From IMG/VR virus record IMGVR_UViG_3300031784_000007: a DNA stretch of 64,000 nucleotides; one strand, written 5' to 3'. A model generated the notes under the pieces. It was not told the DNA's origin and did not search any database. It saw only the letters and a list, made by a program, of their open reading frames with translations. The position numbers and the translations under genes were made by a program. Positions 60,607 through 64,000 of the stretch are shown here, one piece after another (position 1 is the first letter of the stretch; each line of letters opens with the position of its first letter). Origin of the DNA: a virus (taxonomy: Duplodnaviria > Heunggongvirae > Uroviricota > Caudoviricetes).

Positions 60607-60846
60607 ATGAAAAACTTTATTATGAATTTACTAGGAAACGGTTCTGACGTTTCATCAAAAAGATTCGCATCTTTATTCACTTTATTAAACGTAATTATCT
60701 TAGCTTATGTTGCAACATTTACATCTAAAGATGGTGTAACACCTGAGTATATGTTTGATGCACTTTGTTTAATTGCTGGTGGTGGATTGGGTCTTACAGT
60801 TGTTGAGAAGATTTTCTCAAAAGGTTCAGACAAAAAAGCTGAATAA
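60607..60846 (+). CDS. Small two-TM membrane protein (holin-like)
   Basis: SSKRF followed by hydrophobic FASLFTLLNVIILAYVATF and YMFDALCLIAGGGLGLTVV; charged C-terminus. Confidence 0.5.
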   Translation: MKNFIMNLLGNGSDVSSKRFASLFTLLNVIILAYVATFTSKDGVTPEYMFDALCLIAGGGLGLTVVEKIFSKGSDKKAE

Positions 60847-60847
60847 C

Positions 60848-60874
60848 AAAAAACCCCTCTTTTGAGGGGTTTTT
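60848..60874. terminator. Bidirectional terminator
   Basis: A6-CCCCTC-TTTT-GAGGGG-T5 between convergent genes. Confidence 0.85.
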
Positions 60875-60877
60875 ATT

Positions 60878-61603
60878 TTAAAGTCCTTCTGACAACTTTT
60901 TAAGTTTGTAATATGATAAGGAATCAATCGGTGTTGATTCTATTCTTACCTTTGTTTCATTTAATTTTTTGTTGGTATCATCATCACTTTCGTTAATACT
61001 TGAAAGTTTTCCAAGAACCTCAGTTTTCAATCTTTCAATACCTTCACTCAATTCTTCTTGTGACATTCTTAAGATTGATTTTAATTCAAACAATTCAGAT
61101 TCACTTAATTGTGAATATTCTTTTGCGAATGTGTCAGCTGCCACACCAAACATAGATTCTAATGGAATGTTAACTGATTCTGTGATTGTTGATTCTTCTT
61201 TTGTTTCTGACATTAACTTCCACATTTGTTTTCTTGATTCAACCAATTTAGTAAAATCATCGGCGGTTTTTGCATAAACCATGTTATCTAATAACTCATA
61301 TTGATTATCAATACTTTCTCCTAAAGTTTCAACCCAGCTGTCGAACTGTTCAAATTCACGTTTGTTACTGTTAATTGTATTTTTTATGAAATCAACTGAA
61401 AGTCCCAAAAATTCTTTCGCAACTTCTTCGTTCAATCCTTTGGTTTTCATTAAGGAACCGTATTCAACATATAGTTCACCAACGGATTTGTTGTCCTTAA
61501 TAAAATCTCTAAATTCTTTTATAATTTGTTTAAAATCTTCAGTTTTGTATGTTTTAACTAAAGCATTTTCAACAATACTTTTTAATAATCCAAAATTTCT
61601 CAT
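60878..61603 (-). CDS. Hypothetical head-module protein
   Basis: 241 aa, directly downstream of portal; late motif 3 nt upstream. Confidence 0.6.
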   Translation of the reverse strand: MRNFGLLKSIVENALVKTYKTEDFKQIIKEFRDFIKDNKSVGELYVEYGSLMKTKGLNEEVAKEFLGLSVDFIKNTINSNKREFEQFDSWVETLGESIDNQYELLDNMVYAKTADDFTKLVESRKQMWKLMSETKEESTITESVNIPLESMFGVAADTFAKEYSQLSESELFELKSILRMSQEELSEGIERLKTEVLGKLSSINESDDDTNKKLNETKVRIESTPIDSLSYYKLKKLSEGL

Positions 61604-61616
61604 ATCAATAAATATC

Positions 61617-63458
61617 TTAAGTATTTAATAATTCGTTTAATTTGGTTTCAATTTCATTAATTGATGTTCTACCTTTAGATAAATCAATTTCATCTCTACC
61701 ACTAATTAAATCATCTTCCAAAATTAAATTTAAATCGTTCATTTTACTTTCAGGTGTTACTTCACCTCCAGCCGGTGGTTCAGGGGATTCAGGAATATCA
61801 GGTGCTCCACCCATATCTTCAGGTCCTCCACCTATTCCACCTAAACTACCCATATCACCACTTGGTGGTGCTCCACCCATATCGTCACCCTCAGCAGGTG
61901 GCGTGGCTGTTTCACCGGGTTTCTTACCATACAATCTATCAATATTATCAAAAATACCTGTATGAATAATTACCTCAGGAGTTTTTTGTAATTCAGCCCC
62001 AACTGCTTTTTCAATTCTTTGTTGTTGGATATCCAATTTAATTTCCTCATCAGAGAATCCAAGAATGTGTTTTTTTGCCCATGTTGTTGATACCGCTTGG
62101 ATACCGTTACCTGGGTCAGAAACCGCATCTTTATAAAGAAGTATTTTTTCTTTCCAATTCTCAATCTTTAATAAATCAGCTTGAGTTGATGGGTTAGTTA
62201 ATCCTAATGTGAAGTTTGTTAATTCATCTTCAAAACCAAGAATAAACAAGTGAATAATTGCAATCTTATTTAATTCCTGAATCATTGATTTTTGAATTCT
62301 ATTAATTGTTCTCGCAAAACGAATATCTTGTAATGCCAAGTTCTTACCATCACCAACAACTTCTTCAAAACCTAAGAACGCTTTTGGTACACGAAGAGCG
62401 GTTAATAATTTCTTTTGGATATATTCAATATCGGCAATTTCAGAAAGGTTCTGTGCTCCCGCCAATGTTTCAATAGGACTTGTTTGTGCTGGGTCACGAA
62501 CAGGAATGAAATAATCTTGGTCAACCGCCATTTGGTTCATTCTTAAGTCAACGTTACCTGTTTTTGAGTCAACAACTTGGTCTCTCTTAAACTTATTAGC
62601 AATTCTTTGAATGTATGGTTCAACGTCCTTATCATCCATGTTACCAACATAAACTTTGAATACACGTCTTTCAGGTGCTCTTGATGTTCTATACACCAAC
62701 ATTGCATCTTCTGATAATAACAACTGTTTCCAAGTACGTCTTGCTTTTTCCAACATAGCAGTACCATAAGGAAGTTTTCTATCATCACCTAACAAACGGA
62801 AGTGTGCGACCTCCCAAGTATTCATTTCCATATCTTTTACTTTCCATACGAATTTCAAAGATTTTGCATCCTCAGTTGTATTATGTGATGGTTTGATTTT
62901 CATACCACGTTCCAAACGTTCAATTTCAATGTTTGGAAGTTGTTGACAACCCATAATACCTTTTTCAGAATCTAATTTTAAGTAAACAAAGTTATCACCA
63001 TACTTACAAGTGTTTCTTGTCCACATTGGTAAGTTGGTGTTAATATCTAATCTGTTATTAAATAAATCCGCTAATATTCCCTTAATTCTATTTGATTCTG
63101 AATATATTTGTAGAATATATCCATCTTCATTTGTTGTTGTTGATTCTTCAGCGTAGATATCTAAAGCTGCGGAAATTTCAGGAGTGTATTCCATTGATTC
63201 ATAATCATAATATGATGCCAATCTTGTTGGTTCATAATAAATTGCCTGAGAATATAAATTATTTTCTACTTTACCCCATTGTTGACCAAGATACATTGTC
63301 TGTTGAGCTTGGAGTTTTTCCTTCTCAAATTCTTGCTTATCTGTGGTTTTTAATAATTCCTTCTTATCAAATTTATAAACTGGAGGCTGTTGACCCAAAG
63401 TTGAGTCGGGACCAAAGACTTTGGTAAGTCGTTGCCATATGGTGAAATTGTCTGCCAT
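61617..63458 (-). CDS. Portal protein (T4 gp20-like)
   Basis: YESMEYTPEISAALDIYAEE, EDAMLVYRTSRAPERRVFKVYVGNM, DYFIP, IETLAG, KKLLTALRVP. Confidence 0.97.
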   Translation of the reverse strand: MADNFTIWQRLTKVFGPDSTLGQQPPVYKFDKKELLKTTDKQEFEKEKLQAQQTMYLGQQWGKVENNLYSQAIYYEPTRLASYYDYESMEYTPEISAALDIYAEESTTTNEDGYILQIYSESNRIKGILADLFNNRLDINTNLPMWTRNTCKYGDNFVYLKLDSEKGIMGCQQLPNIEIERLERGMKIKPSHNTTEDAKSLKFVWKVKDMEMNTWEVAHFRLLGDDRKLPYGTAMLEKARRTWKQLLLSEDAMLVYRTSRAPERRVFKVYVGNMDDKDVEPYIQRIANKFKRDQVVDSKTGNVDLRMNQMAVDQDYFIPVRDPAQTSPIETLAGAQNLSEIADIEYIQKKLLTALRVPKAFLGFEEVVGDGKNLALQDIRFARTINRIQKSMIQELNKIAIIHLFILGFEDELTNFTLGLTNPSTQADLLKIENWKEKILLYKDAVSDPGNGIQAVSTTWAKKHILGFSDEEIKLDIQQQRIEKAVGAELQKTPEVIIHTGIFDNIDRLYGKKPGETATPPAEGDDMGGAPPSGDMGSLGGIGGGPEDMGGAPDIPESPEPPAGGEVTPESKMNDLNLILEDDLISGRDEIDLSKGRTSINEIETKLNELLNT

Positions 63459-63495
63459 CCCTCTAAATATAGTATCTTTTTTTTATGAATAAACT

Positions 63496-64000
63496 TTATC
63501 TTCTACCGAATAACCATAAATACTGTTCATAATCCTTTTTTGTTGGATTTGATGAAAAAGCATCGTTATATCCTGTTGGTGATAAAACAGGCATTCCCGG
63601 ATTAAATTGTGTTATTTCTCTATTTGTACTGTCGTCAGCTACGGTCCAAGAGCTTAACATAGCCTTTGTTTGTTCATTAACCTTTTCAAGTTGATTATAT
63701 GCGTTTTGTCCAACATATAAAGCCATTGACATTGACATAATTAAATCATCATGTTGCCCTTTCATGTGGTCAGGTCGTCCGTTTATATAAACATACGTAT
63801 TCATCTCACCAAGTAATCTAGCAGAATACAATTTAAATCCATGTCTTAACGCTTCCTCAAACGCCGCAATAATTTGAACCCTTTTACCATTAAAGTTTAT
63901 ACCCGGTATTTTTTCATTAGACTTAACAGTTGACTCCCAAATATTACCATAATTAATTCCATCAACATATAAGTTTTTATAACCCAATTCTTGTAATTTT
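63496..64000 (-). CDS. terL: Terminase large subunit, C-terminal nuclease part (5' truncated by the window edge)
   Basis: KLQELGYKNLY..S.RLLGEM.TYVY..GRPDHMKGQHDDLIMS; directly upstream of portal. Confidence 0.85.
   Translation of the reverse strand, partial: KLQELGYKNLYVDGINYGNIWESTVKSNEKIPGINFNGKRVQIIAAFEEALRHGFKLYSARLLGEMNTYVYINGRPDHMKGQHDDLIMSMSMALYVGQNAYNQLEKVNEQTKAMLSSWTVADDSTNREITQFNPGMPVLSPTGYNDAFSSNPTKKDYEQYLWLFGRR

Noticed and set aside
1-64000. Stop-codon reassignment as in some jumbo phages
   Set aside because: Conserved genes (MCP, portal, PolB, sheath) are full length under the standard code and coding density is near complete.
1-64000. tRNA, rRNA, integrase, transposase or intron
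   Set aside because: No recognisable motifs were seen; the intergenic gaps are mostly too short and are explained by promoters or terminators.

Overview
Gene-dense, AT-rich segment of a large T4-like-module myophage (jumbo/megaphage), probably infecting Bacteroidota. The host call rests on a Bacteroidota-type bS21, a DUF4494-like gene and the absence of Shine-Dalgarno motifs. Standard genetic code. The window holds, in order: (i) a tail/baseplate operon (hub, LysM/gp53-like, tube initiator, tape measure, assembly chaperone, tube, sheath; 1-15.8 kb, minus strand); (ii) neck genes interrupted by a SNF2 helicase and a SOD fusion; (iii) a family-B DNA polymerase followed by LamG/Thr-Pro-repeat structural proteins; (iv) a late operon of small proteins including a WYL-only protein; (v) a ~14 kb glycosylation and nucleotide-metabolism cluster ending in a gp55-like sigma factor; (vi) spike and other structural genes; (vii) the head module (MCP, scaffold, protease, bS21, portal, terminase). 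Main hidden signals: a candidate programmed +1 frameshift (UUU_UUU_CGC) in the tail-assembly chaperone; a TATTTAT(A) motif, the reverse complement of the T4 late promoter, 3-40 nt before about 20 mostly structural genes; a set of enzymes (SOD-nuclease, WYL, HAD) carrying prohead-protease-like (L/I/V)xE sites, possibly packaged cargo; and a soluble glycan-building pathway near a mucin-like virion protein. All family assignments are from motif recognition by eye; no database search was run.
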